In this document: positions 12,540-25,564 of the stretch, in pieces
Layout: each line of letters begins with the position of its first letter
Numbering within the stretch: the stretch's first letter is position 1
Origin: Octopus vulgaris
Lineage: Eukaryota
Length of the DNA: 64,000 nucleotides
Assembly: GCA_951406725.2 (NCBI GenBank)
Contig: OX597833.1
Location: 24,180,001 to 24,244,000, forward strand
Direction: 5' to 3'
Translations under genes and position numbers: made by a program
The notes under the pieces: generated by a model
Told to the model about the DNA's origin: nothing
Database searches by the model: none
Seen by the model: only the letters and a program-made list of their open reading frames with translations

Positions 12540-15500
12540 TATATATCATATATACGTACACACAGAAACACATGAACAAGTACACCTACAAACAACTAAC
12601 AAACAAATACACTTTTCAGACAGTCCCATTCATTCACACATACATACACACTAATCCAAGCTCCGAATGCTTCAGTTTTCAGCACTGATCCTGGTATATC
12701 TAGAAAAAGTGATTTGTTGGTTGTGCCTTGTAATGTCATGTTTGTTCCTTCTCAAGCCACACTTGGCTCATAAGGGCTGGTTTCCTGATTTCCTTGGATG
12801 GGACGCCGGTTCATCACAGGTGAGCTGCTATATGCAGGAGGAAAGAGTTGGGGAAAGTTGTGGTGAAAGTGTCAGCAGAAGTTCACCATTACATTCTGCC
12901 AGAGCCACATGGAGCTTAGGTATTTCGCTAGTAAACACATACATTGCCTGGTCTGAGATTCAAACCTGCGATCCCTTGACTGTGAGTCCGTTTCTCTAAC
13001 CACGAGGCCATGTGCCTCCACTTGTAATGTCACAGGCCTGCTCAATCAAAATTTATCTCTAGCTACACAACAAAAATTCTATTCTAATGATTGGACCCAT
13101 TCCCTAGAGCTTGGGTTACTGTGAATTTGAAATATATTCTAATTTCTGTGCCATAGATTGTAACCCTTACTGAATTAGATTTCTGCCACAAATTGTCTTT
13201 CTACTACTAACTCTCTTCCTGTTTCCTGCTGAATTGTCAGACAAAAAAAAGTATAGAAGACCAGCAGTCGCCAATGCATATCAGCCTCCCCTGACCGTGC
13301 CACCAATGTTATCCAAGGGAAAGGCAAAGGCTGATACAGCTGAGTGAACTGGAGCAATGTGAAATAAAGTGTCTTGCTCAAGAACACAACATGCAGCTTG
13401 GTCTAGGAATCAAACTCACAACCTCACGATTGCGTGCTCGATGCTCTAACCACTGAGCCATGCACCTTCACACACACACACATATAAATGTGTATATATA
13501 TGTATATTTAAATATGTATGTATATATGTATGTATGTATGTATGTGTGTGTGTGTGTGTACCTGAAGCTGATGAGTCATTCTCCATAATTAGAGCGAATC
13601 ATCAACTTTGAATAAGTAAATAAAAAGTATTACAGTCAATGTGTACTTTTAATTCTATCTCGTTATGCGTGTGTGTATGTGTGTGTGTTGATGTATAAAT
13701 GCATGGCATTTATATATATCTATAGATGTGTCCTTAATTAATAAGGAATTTCATAATTAATAAGGAATTCATCTAAAGACAGCCCTGTATTAATACTGTG
13801 TTACACATTCTTGGAGAAATTTATCCAATTGATGTTTGAAATATTTAACGGGAATCATTGCTACATTTCATTTTTGTATTTGGTTTGCAAGATTCTTGAT
13901 GTGAATCTTGATATATTGGAAAATATTTTGTAACTTGGGAGGGTCATAATGCCAAAAATAAATACATGTACTGATTCTATTTCACTTCTTTCTTGTTATT
14001 AGTCAATTGGACTATCATTTAAGCAATCAATCGATTCTTTGATTAATCATTTGCTCAGATAATTACCTTTCATTCATGATCTCATCAATGAAATGCCACG
14101 GTGAAAGGACTGTCAAACCTAGCTGATTGATTAATGAAAGAAGTGATTAGTTAATTTGTTAAATCAGTGGTTCCCAAAGTGGGCATTACTGCCCTCTCTT
14201 CCAGATCTAGGCACGGTTTGAAGAAAAGTGAGGTGATAACAGAGTGACCAAAGGAGGGGGGAGCGATGTATATAAAAGCAATAAAATAATGGAGTTAATT
14301 AGGTTAAGTTTTATTTGTGAAATACAGTTGTCCTGAATTTGTTGCTAAAAGTGGTGGTGGTGGGTACTAGGAATGTGGTCTGAGTGCCAAGGGAGTGGCA
14401 GCCTCAAAACTCTTCAGAACCAGTTGACAAATGAAAATAAAGAAGTGAAATATAACTAGTGGATGTGTTTATTACTTGTATAAATACCCTTCCAAGATAC
14501 AATTCATTCTGACTACATATGTAGAAAATTGGTGTTTGTTTGTTTGTAGCATTGTTAGCTAACTCTTCCTACATAGTTTTATTGATTTTGATGAAACTGA
14601 CACATGAGTAGAACTCATATCTGGAAACCTCGTGACATACTTAGATAGTTGAAAAATCGATAATACGGTCCCTGGAAGAGACCTTTATATCTGCCTCATA
14701 TAACTATTTTTTTAACAGCCAAGGGAAATAACTCATAGCACCTGCATAGCATCTTTTTGTGTGTTCAATTTCTAATTTTTGCAGACAATATCACTTTTAT
14801 ACTTTATTTTGACGTGTGAGTAAAACTCATGTCTGGAAACCTTGTGACATACTTAGATTGTTGAAAAATATCGATAACAGGGCCCCTCCAACGGATCCTT
14901 CTATCTACTGCATATTATTTATATTTTATTTAAACAACCTAAGGAAAATAACACATACCACCTGCAGTTTTTAGTGAAGTGATCAATATTTGATTCTCAC
15001 GATCAACCGACCTAATTCTGGATTTCACTACTCACAGTTTTGAACTGCTACACATTATTATTGCACTTCCTTAATTTGAATCTTAAACATTAAAGACTTC
15101 ATTCATACATTTCTATACATACATACTTTTTTGAATACCCAATTACTCTGATAATTCTGCATTTTACAGTTACACTTTTTCCATGACAGTTGATAAATTT
15201 TTTATCCCACAACGTATTTGTAGTGGCTTCATGCAGGCATAGCATGGATTTGATCCTCGATTGCCAAATTTCACTTAACACTTCAATGGTGCTTTTCTCA
15301 CAGTAAAACAATTCCGTGAATGACAGCAGTTATACATTACCCAGATGCCTTCACTAAGCAGAGTGTCTTTGCCACTTAACCCTTCTTACCTCTCCCAGGC
15401 CACCAGGTGCTGGACTGGAGATAACAGACCGCCAACAAAATCATTTGCTCTCAACAATATGTCTATCCCTCTGGCTGCTTTTTGATAGTTATAAAAACAA

Positions 15501-16570
15501 GAACTCTGTAAGCTAAATTCAGTTACTGAGAGTGACCATCAGTGCGTGTGAACATTATTATTGCAGTTTCTTCAAACATTTCATTTATATATTTATATAC
15601 ATACAATCTCTCTCTCCTCCAGCTGACGGTTTTTTGTACTTTTTCATGATGGAAAATACACCTTTTGTGACAGTTATAACGAAATTGATTTCTTATATCA
15701 GAGAAATAAGGCGTTTCAATACAACATTTTTACCCTGGAAATTACCGGACACACCAGCTAGTATATATCATATATACGTACACACAGAAACACATGAACA
15801 AGTACACCTACAAACAACTAACAAACAAATACACTTTTCAGACAGTCCCATTCATTCACACATACATACACACTAATCCAAGCTCCGAATGCTTCAGTTT
15901 TCAGCACTGATCCTGGTATATCTAGAAAAAGTGATTTGTTGGTTGTGCCTTGTAATGTCATGTTTGTTCCTTCTCAAGCCACACTTGGCTCATAAGGGCT
16001 GGTTTCCTGATTTCCTTGGATGGGACGCCGGTTCATCACAGGTGAGCTGCTATATGCAGGAGGAAAGAATTGGGGAAAGTTGTGGTGAAAGTGTCAGCAG
16101 AAGTTCACCATTACATTCTGCCAGAGCCACATGGAGCTTAGGTATTTCGCTAGTAAACACATACATTGCCTGGTCTGAGATTCAAACCTGCGATCCCTTG
16201 ACTGTGAGTCCGCTTCTCTAACCACGAGGCCATGTGCCTCCACTTGTAATGTCACAGGCCTGCTCAATCAAAATTTATCTCTAGCTACACAACAAAAATT
16301 CTATTCTAATGATTGGACCCATTCCCTAGAGCTTATATTCTAATTTCTGTGCCATAGATTGTAACCCTTACTGAATTAGATTTCTGCCACAAATTGTCTT
16401 TCTACTACTAACTCTCTTCCTGTTTCCTGCTGAATTGTCAGACAAGAAAAAAAAAAAAAACTTGTTTGCAGAGAACTCATTAAATAATTATGTAACAAGC
16501 TTGTAAAGTGTCAGGGTTGAAATTTGAAGTATAATTACTTCTGTGTAGATATGGAATTCTTTTTGTAACC

Positions 16571-16637
<67 letters not shown>

Positions 16638-16931
16638 GCATCACAGAGGCAATGACCAAGAGCTTTGACATTATGTTGTGCTTGAGAAGAAGACTCATCA
16701 AGATGTGCAAAATTGCTGTTGTGGCTGATACTGGTGTCATGCAAATTGGCACCCATGCCAGTGGAATGTAAAAGCACCCCATTATGCTCTTGGAGCGATT
16801 GACGTTTGGAAGGGCATCCACCTGCAGAAAACCATACCAAATCAGATAGGAGTTTGGTGCAACCTTACAAAGTGGCAGCCCAATCAAAGTGTCCAACCCA
16901 TGGCAGCATGGACAACGGACGTTAAATGATG

Positions 16932-16988
<57 letters not shown>

Positions 16989-17011
16989 ATATACATATAC
17001 ATATATATATA

Positions 17012-17072
<61 letters not shown>

Positions 17073-17165
17073 GGGAAGGTTTACGAAAATAAACAAAAGA
17101 CGAAGGCAGGTGGAGTACAAACAAACAATGTATTAGTATGCCGCTCAGGAATAGAAATAAAACAA

Positions 17166-17205
17166 ATCTTTTACGTTTCGAACCTATGCTCTTCGACAGA
17201 AAGAT
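17166..17205 (-). ncRNA. Minimal hammerhead-like motif (A6U variant)
   Basis: AUCUUU-CUGUCGA-AGAGC(AUAG)GUUC-GAAA-CG-UA-AAAGAU. Confidence 0.6.
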
Positions 17206-17244
17206 ACACAGAAAAGAAACAAGGAGAGAAACAAGGAGAGAAAA

Positions 17245-17285
<41 letters not shown>

Positions 17286-17607
17286 TATATATACATATAC
17301 ACACATATATGTCATCATCATCATCATTTTATGTTTGTTTTCCATGCTTGCATGGGTTGGACGGTTTGACTGAGGTTTGGAGAGCCAGCGGCTGCCCCAG
17401 GCTCCAATCTGATCTTGCAATGTTTCTACAGCTGGATGTCCTTCCTAATGCCAACCACTCCAAAAGTGTAGTGGAGGCTTTTCACATACCACCGGCACAG
17501 GAGCCAGTCAGGTGGGACTGGTATCGATCATGTTTGGATAGTGCTCTGTATGTGCCACCAGCATGGGGGCCAGTCAGGGGCTACTGGCATATGTATATAT
17601 GTACAAA

Positions 17608-18382
17608 TTATAAATCTTCAAGTGAAGATGATTCAGCTTCTAAGATGACAGGTGAAGAATCAAAGGTCTTTGAGGTTGTAGGTTGGGGCCCCAGTTGAGG
17701 TTCACTTGAAGCTGTCTGGTTGAGCTTTGAAAAATTGTCTTTTAGTTTCTGTTGTTTCAAATACTCCAGTTTTTCTTTAATGAAAACTTGGATTTTGTAC
17801 ATCCACATTAGATACTGCTCTGTGATGAAAGATTTTTGCTCCATTCCCTGAATTAACTCCTCCATCAGGCTGATGAACCTGTCTGTAGACACTCTCTCCT
17901 CTTCTTTCAGTATACTGTCACCATCATCATCACTACTCTCATCTAATTTGTTCTTATCAGCAGTCATCACTACAGTAGACATACAAACACCATATTCCTC
18001 ACACAAAATCCATGCTGAAGCACCTTTATTGAGTTTCTTAAGTAACTCCACTTTCTTCGCTATGCTGGACATTAAATGTTTTCATTTTGGGTTTCCACGA
18101 GCAAGCAAGCTGCCTGTGTGCTGGCCTTTTAGACATGGTAATAAATAAAAATTATAATAAATTAAGACAAATAACTACTTAACTGTGAGAGGAGAGCATC
18201 CACAAAGCAGCAGTCATGTAAGAACTCATGTCGTGTGGCACATATGCCATAGACACTAAAAAAAACTGGCTGCACGGAGAACTACTACAGCCCATGGATT
18301 TCAAAGCTAGCCAACTTCAAAAATAGCCAGATTTCTGGTAATTCTGGATTTCTGAATTCTGGATAAGTGGTTCAGTAACTGT
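17608..18382 (-). mobile_element. Deleted pogo/Tigger-like transposon (CENP-B-type HTH fragment fused to acidic C-terminal part)
   Basis: SIAKKVELLKKLNKGAS..LCEEYGVCMSTV resembles the pogo/TIGD HTH; terminus-like ttctggataagtggttcagtaactgtg near 18356..18383. Confidence 0.6.
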
Positions 18383-19413
18383 GTATGACAGGCTTCCAAA
18401 GAGTTCCCATCCACCAGTTCCTCTCACAAAGCTTTGGTCAGTCCCAAGGTTATAACAGAAGATACTCACCCAAAGAGTCACTCAGTAAGATAGAACTGAA
18501 AATCCCATGTTTACAAAATGGATTCCATATCCATACAGAAGTAATTATATTTCAAGTTCCAAGCCAATTACATAATTATTTAATGAGTTCTTGGCAAACA
18601 AGTGTTTTTAATTTATATATATAGAATTATATGTTTGCACTGAATAGAGGTTTTGATGGGGATGTTCCACTAGTTTTCCATGTGTTGATATGCATGTATT
18701 CAATAGCAGAGGTGTTATGAATGTATGTATATAAATATATGTATGTGAATGTTTCATTGTGACATTGTTACAATGTGAATAATTAGAGCAGTAACATGAT
18801 AAAATAAGTTGAAGGAGAAAGTAGAACTGTGTGGGTAATGTTCAAAACATTTGGTGTATTTTTCAGCTGCAATTTTGTTTACATATATATTGAAATGTAT
18901 ATCTATTTCTACCTTATCATCATCATCGTTTAACGTCCGTTTTCCATGCTGGTATGGGTTGGACGGTTTGACTGGGGACTGGCAAGCCAGGAGATCACAC
19001 CAAGCTCCAGTCTGATCTGGTAATATTTCTACAGCTGGATACCCTTCCCAATGCCAACCACTCCGAGAGTGTAGTGGCTGCTTTTTACATGCCACTGGCA
19101 CAGGAACCAGTCAGGTGGCACTGGCACTGGCCACATTCGGATGGTGCTTTTTACATGTATCCAATATCATGTAAGTCCTTACATTATGTATGATGCCTTG
19201 ATATGCCATGTCATTTACTGTTGCATTTATTACAAGATGTTTTTCTCTTTTCAATTTCATGTTCACTTCTACTAACTTGAGACTACTAAACCTTGTTATG
19301 TGTAATAAAATAGTAGTTTCAGTGTCTTGAGAGAAAAAAGCTTACAATTTTGGTTTTGGAACTAGTTGGAATTCCTAAAAGCACACTGCTTTTATGAAAA
19401 ATGTGCTATTACT

Positions 19414-19980
19414 TTGGGTTGTCTGGAAAGTTTGTGCCGATTATTAAAAGAAAGAATAAGATCAATAAATACTTGCCATTACATTTTTAATCAACCAAAC
19501 ATGAATCATTTTGTTGCATAATGCATCTCCATCTTTCCTTTAACTTGAAAATACCCTCTTCCCAGAATTGAGGTGGTTTCATGGCAAAGAATTCATCAAG
19601 GTATCTTTTTATGTCATCCAAGGAATTAAAGTTTCTACCATTAAGACTATTCTGCAGAGACCTGAATAAGTGGAAATCCGAAGTAGCAATATCTGGTGAA
19701 TATGGGGGGGGTGGGTAACACATCCCAGCCGAGCTGCAGTAATTTTTGTCTGGTTCTCAAAGCATCAAGTGCCGAAAATGATCTTTCTTATCTTCCATTT
19801 AAAAGGGTTACAGAATTAACACAGGTTATAGGAACATAAACCTTCTTCCATGAAAAGATAGCTTAAACTGTGCTCTAAATGGAGGTGTAGTCAAATCCTA
19901 TTTTATGGACTCAACCATGTTCTAAAATAAGTCAAACGGTAAGCTACTATAAATCGGCACGAACTTTCCGGACAACCCAA
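19414..19980 (-). mobile_element. Internally deleted mariner element
   Basis: TIRs ttgggttgtctggaaagtttgtgccgatt / aatcggcacgaactttccggacaacccaa; PYSPDIATSDFHLFRSLQN. Confidence 0.9.
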
Positions 19981-21101
19981 TAATTCTTTTGCTTGTTTTG
20001 ATCATTGGACTGTGATCATGCCTTGAAGAGTTTTAGTTGATCATATTGACTCAGTGATCTAAGATCTTTTAAGCAAGTAATCCCAAGACTCTTTCCCTAC
20101 CTATCTTCCCAACAAATACATAAAATTGACTGGATTACAAAGGAACAGGAAGTATGTATTCAAATTCATTAATTTACAGCTGTTTCTTCCATAAGAAACA
20201 GTGCATTTAGAGCTGAGTGCTTCTTATAACAGAAACAGTTGTAACCTAATAGAGGTGACTGCATCATTCCTGTTCTTTTGTCATTCATTGATATTACACT
20301 CTGTACTTGCCTAATGCTATATTCTAAAGCATATGTATATTGAGTTCTAAAGTTTTAACAACTGTTTTTTCAGTCTTCTAAGGGTTAATACCCAATTTTT
20401 TTGTGGTTGTTTTCACATGGATATATACCCTTAGAAGATGGAAAAATTTGTATTCTGGCAACTTTTCTTTCAAGAGTAAATACTCAGTTTTTCTTGACTG
20501 TTTTCACAGCTATACTGCATTCAAAATTTACATTCATGCCTATAAAATATCAACACACTCAATGCTTATAAAGCTTGTTTATAAAATCTTCCCACATTCC
20601 AAAAAGCTATTAGCATTAAAATTGATGGTAATTGTTCGTCAGGAACTGCTTAGCTTAATGGTACAGAACACTCAGCTAGTATCTGAGAGGCACAGGGTTC
20701 ATAGCTGCCTGCTAGCAACTTTTTTTTCCATCTTCTAAGAGTAAATACCAAATCTTTTTCAACTCTTTTCACAGTTATACTGCATTCAAAATTTACTGCC
20801 TTGTATATATATGTTCCTGTGTTTGTATGTATATATATGCATACACACACACCCACACACATACATACATGTGTTTGTAGCATTCATACCTGAAACAGAA
20901 TATATTTTCATTACTCTTTGAAAACTATTTTCCAAAATAATTAAGTTTTTATTAACCAAAAATACTCTGACACAAGGAATTTTATGTAATTTTTCAAGTA
21001 CAAAATTTTTACATTCCAAATAAAAAAACTTGGCTATTATCCCAAATTATCCAAATGGTTTATAAAATTTTTCTGCCTTCTAGAAATTATTTGCATTTTT
21101 G

Positions 21102-21845
21102 TTTATTCAGCTGCAATCTCAAATTATTAACTGGTTTGATAACTTTAGGCATCACTTGTAAAAATCCTTAATAAATGATTTTGATTAAAATCTTTTTTCC
21201 ATCATCCTTAGAAGCAATTGAAAACTGATACTTATCTAGCTGTTGGCTTTAACCATGATCTGGATAAAAACCATATTTTATTCTACTTTAGGTCTCACAT
21301 ATAATCTAGTTTAGAAATCTAAAAGATCACCCAAAGATCATTTATGATAACCTAGTTTTAAAAAACTTCACTGCATCACATTTAGAAACCAGTTCAATTT
21401 AATTATATTCAGCTAAGGACTTAAATCAAATTCTAATTTTAAAATTTTATAGTTCACCATTAAAAAGTCATTCACAAGTAAACTTTTATTCAGCTAGAAC
21501 ATCACGTTTGAATGTTTAAATTATTTTTTTGAATTCCTCACTCATAAACTTTTAGAAATTGTCTACAATAAATCTTTATTCGACTTGAGATGCAAATCGT
21601 AATCTAAACTGAATACTTTAAATATCACACTAGCATATCCTTAACAATTAACTATTATTCAACTGGAGATCTGATACATAATTTAGCTTGAATAACTTTT
21701 ATTTTAAATTGAGTGTCCAAACCAAAGAACTGTTTATTCAGCTGAAGATCTTATTTATAATCTTATTTAAAAATTCTATTCATCATATTTACAAATCATT
21801 TACAATTTACTTTTATTCAGTTGGAGACCAAAGTCATAATCTGGG
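21102..21845 (-). repeat. Degenerate repeat of the GST C-terminal codons/AATAAA motif through the 3' UTR
   Basis: Plus-strand motif TTTATTCAGCTGGAGATC...ATAATCT at 21812, 21733, 21654, 21575 (79-bp period), then about 21485, 21404, 21278, 21232, 21102. Confidence 0.7.
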
Positions 21846-22062
21846 TCTCCATTGGCAAAACTTTTGATGAATGCAGCATAGTACTGGGGATTAAGTCTTG
21901 TGGCCTTCACCTCTGGCAGCAGCAACATATTCTCATTCCATTGGCATAGAAATGGGTATTCTTTGGTGATGAATTGGTCTATAGTTTGGTCTGTCACTAC
22001 TTTTGCTTTAATTTTCTCAAACCATGGCCAAAGATTGAAGTCAACCATACTGACTTGTTTTC
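21800..22062 (-). CDS. GSTO1: GST omega terminal coding exon (GKQVSMVDFNLWPWFEKI...DPDYDFGLQLNKSKL*)
   Basis: SMxD..lWPWFE and C-terminal DYDFGL omega motifs; ctcag| acceptor phase 1; spliced CDS totals 750 nt = 249 aa + stop. Confidence 0.93.
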
Positions 22063-22331
22063 CTGAGAAGAAACCAACAAATATATGAATTAGTTATATA
22101 TAATGTTTCAAATTATGGTGCAAGGCCAGCAGTTTTAGGGAAGGAGTGAAGTTGATTAAATCAACATCAGTGCTCAACTGGTATTTATTTCATCAACACT
22201 AAAAAGATGAAAGCAAAGCAATTCTCAGCAGAATTTGAACTCAAAATATAAAAAGCTGGAAGAGATGCTGCTAAACATTTTCTAAACATGCTAACAATTC
22301 TGTCAGCTCACTACCATAATAATAATAATAA

Positions 22332-22604
22332 TAACATGGGTGTTTCATTCAACATCCTTAAACAAACCTTATTCAGGGACCTTTTGAGCGGGATGGGTTA
22401 CTCGACCAGAAGAAAATTCTAACTGGGCCCCACCTGCAAGGTCATGTGCTGTTTATCTTGATATGGGATCACCATGTCATGCACATATGGTTGTGATGCA
22501 TGTACCTGGTGTATCCTTATCAGACGGGTAGTCATGATGGGTATACTGGGCTTCGTATATTTTACCCCAGTGTCACTTTGATGGCATACACTGCTCTTTC
22601 ACTC

Positions 22605-22666
<62 letters not shown>

Positions 22667-23143
22667 TGATAATAATAATAATAGGGCTACAGCAAATATT
22701 CTGCTCAATACCACAGATTTGCTTGTCAGTTGTTTGACCATAACCAGTTGAGCATGTCTCTTAGTGGCTGACAATATATGCATCTCTAATCACAAGCAGA
22801 AGTAGTGGGGGAGCATCATAGCCATGTGTTGAGAGGGATTCTTTGGGGTTTGAATAATTCGCTTCTGGAAACATGGGTGTTTCATTCAACATCCTTAAAC
22901 AACCCTTATTCAGGGACCTTTTGAGTGGGATAGGTTACTCAACCAGAAGAAAATTCTAACTGGGCCCCACCTGCAAGGTCATGCGCTGTTTATCTTGATA
23001 TGAGATCACCATGTTGTGCACATATGGTTGTGATGCATGTGCCTGGTGTACCCTTATCAGACGGGTAGTCATGATGGATATACTGGGCTTCGTATATTTT
23101 ACCCCTGTGTCACTTTGATGGCATGCACTGCTCTCTCACTCAA
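22332..23143 (+). mobile_element. Two tandem copies (5'-truncated 22332..22605; longer 22684..23143) of an (AAT)n-tailed non-autonomous retroposon
   Basis: Highly similar 270-bp 3' parts, each ending ctctcactc(AAT)n-like, nested in (AAT)n. Confidence 0.7.
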
Positions 23144-23369
23144 TAATAATAATAATAATAATATTAATAACAAGCACGTAAAAAGCACTCACTACACTCT
23201 CAGAGTGGTTGGCATTAGGAAGGGCATCCAGCTGTAGAAACTCTGCCAAATCAAGATTGGAGACTGGTGCAACCATCTGGTTCGCCAGCCCTCAGTCAAA
23301 ATCGTCCAACCCATACCAGCATGGAAAGCGGACGTTAAACGATGATGATGATGAATAATAATGATAATC

Positions 23370-24408
23370 TTTTGTACTATATGCACAAGGCCTGAAACAT
23401 TGGGGGAGGAGGCTAAGTTGATTACATTGACCTTAGTGCTTAACTAGTACTTATTTTACCAACTCTGAAAGGCAAAGCTGGCCACAGCAGAATGTAAAGC
23501 TGAAAGAAATGCCATGAAGTATTTTAGCTTGCCTCCTTACATTTAATAATAATAATAATAATTGTTTGTAACAGAGACATAAGTTTTGCAATTTTGGAGG
23601 AGAGGTGGGATTGGCTGATTAAATTGACCCAGATTTTGATGGGTTCTTTATTTTATCAGCCTTGGAAGGAGGAGAAGCAAAATTGAACTCAGAGTGTAAA
23701 GTACCAGAACAAATATTGCGAAGATTTTTTTCTGAGGTTTATGCACAAGGCCAGTAGTTTTGAAGGGAGGAGAGCTAGACAGTACCATCAACTACAGTAC
23801 TTGACTGATAATTGACTCTAGAGGGATAAAAGGCAGAGCTGACCTTGAAGGATTTGAACTGGGAATGTAGAGAGTCAGATGAAATACTACAAGGTATTCT
23901 TGTCCAGTACTTTAATGACTCTGCAATTCCACCATCCTTTGTAACAGCTCTTTCTATTATAAGCACAAGGCCTGAAATTTTGGAGGAGGTGGCTCATCAA
24001 TTACATCAACCCCAGAACCCAACTGGTACTCATTTCATTGACCCCAAAAGGATGAAAAGTTAAGTCGAGCTCAGTGGGATTTGAACTCAGAATATAAAGA
24101 CTGACAAAATACTGCTAAACATTTCGTCTAGCAAGCCAATGATTCTGCCAGCTCACCGCTTTACCATCCTCTTATAATAACAATAATAATAGTGGTATAA
24201 TTTAGGTATAGGGCCAGCAATTTTGAGGAGAAGGTTAGTCAACACCATCACCTCCAATACTTGATTGATACTTTAGTTTAGTGACCTAAGATGAATGAAA
24301 GCAAAGTTGACCTCAGCAGGATTTGAACCCAGAATATAAAGACTTAGAACAATTGTTGCAAGGTAGTTTTGTCTGATTCTCTTATGACTCTAATAGTCCA
24401 CTAACCTA

Positions 24409-24477
<69 letters not shown>

Positions 24478-25158
24478 CCCTACTATGGGCACAAGGCCTG
24501 AAACTTTGGGGTTAGGGGGCTAGTGACTTACATCGACCCCAGTGCATGACTGATACTTATTTCATTGACCACGAAAGGATGAAAGGCAAAGTCAATCTTG
24601 GTGGAATTTGAACTTAGAACATATAGACAAATGAAATGATAATTTCGAGCATTTTGCCAGCTTGTTGCCTTAATAATGATAATAATAATAATAATAATAA
24701 GAAGAAGAATTCTTTCTACTATAGGCACAAGGCCTAAAATTTTGAGGGAGGGGGCCAGTCGATTAGATTGACTCCAGTATGCAACTGGTACTTAATTTAT
24801 TGATCTTGAGAGGAGGAAAAGCAAAGTTGACCTTGGCGGAATTTGAACTCAGAACGTAGCAACAGGCAAAATGCCGCTAAGCATTTTGCCTGGCATGCTA
24901 ACAGTTCTACCAGCTTGTTAACTTAGTAATAATAATAACGATAATCCTTTCTACAATAGGCACAGGGCCTGAAATTTGGAGGGAGGGGGCTAGTGGATTA
25001 TATCGACCCCAGTGTATGACTGGTACTTAATTTATTGAACCCCAAAAGGATGAAAGGTAAAGTCAATCTCAGTGGAATTTGAACTTAGAAGGTAGTGATG
25101 GGCGAAATGCACCTAATTATTTTGCCTGGTGTGCTAACAATTTTGTCAGCTTGCCACC

Positions 25159-25160
<2 letters not shown>
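23370..25160 (-). mobile_element. Cluster of ~7 same-orientation family A SINEs separated by (AAT)n
   Basis: Repeated ggcacaaggcctgaaat..actggtactta..gaaaggcaaagt..gaatttgaactcagaa units. Confidence 0.8.
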
Positions 25161-25192
<32 letters not shown>

Positions 25193-25193
25193 T

Positions 25194-25564
25194 AACAAGA
25201 GCACTCAGAGAGTGCAAACCTCCACCAAGGCCACACCAATGTCCTCTCAATGATTAGCCGAAGATGATATTTAAAACGAGAATATCTGAAATAAAATTGA
25301 CCGCTCTCACAAATGAGAATAATAAAAATGAACCCGACTGCTCTCAAAAGTTAAGTAAAAAACCCCAGGAAAGTAACCCAGAATCCGTATCTGGTACTGG
25401 ATCAATCCCAAAATCTAACCAGTTCGTGCAAGTTATGAGGCCAAACATCCCTGAAAGTTTAATTCAAATCCATCCAGCAATTCTTGAGATATCTTGTCCA
25501 TGGACTAACAAACAAACAATTACAACTGTAAACAATACCTCTGCCTTCCCTAAGGCAGAAGTAA
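25194..25564 (-). mobile_element. HINE/DINE-1-like (Helentron-associated) element in (AAT)n
   Basis: On minus: terminal hairpin tctgcctt-aggg-aaggcaga, (TTTG)n, core, subterminal repeat gccttggtggaggt, 3' stem-loop gcactc-tct-gagtgc then TT. Confidence 0.7.

Larger units (their letters stand above)
9944..16460 (+). repeat. Direct tandem duplication, units 9944..13251 and 13252..16460
   Basis: Both units start tatagaagaccagcagtcgcc and end gaattgtcagacaa(A)n; duplicated ORFs 12310/15532 and 12667/15889. Confidence 0.95.

Noticed and set aside
11881-16221. Duplicated ORF pairs (11881/15099, 12310/15532, 12667/15889) as a tandem gene cluster
   Set aside because: They lie in Helitron-like and SINE sequence within the tandem duplication; no recognisable domain or splice structure
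17608-18072. Domesticated TIGD/Jerky-like gene
   Set aside because: The DDE domain is deleted; the HTH fragment is fused directly to the C-terminal tail, consistent with a dead transposon
21102-21845. CRISPR-like repeat-spacer reading of the 79-bp periodic motif
   Set aside because: Eukaryotic 3' UTR, repeats highly degenerate and derived from the GST coding end, no cas genes
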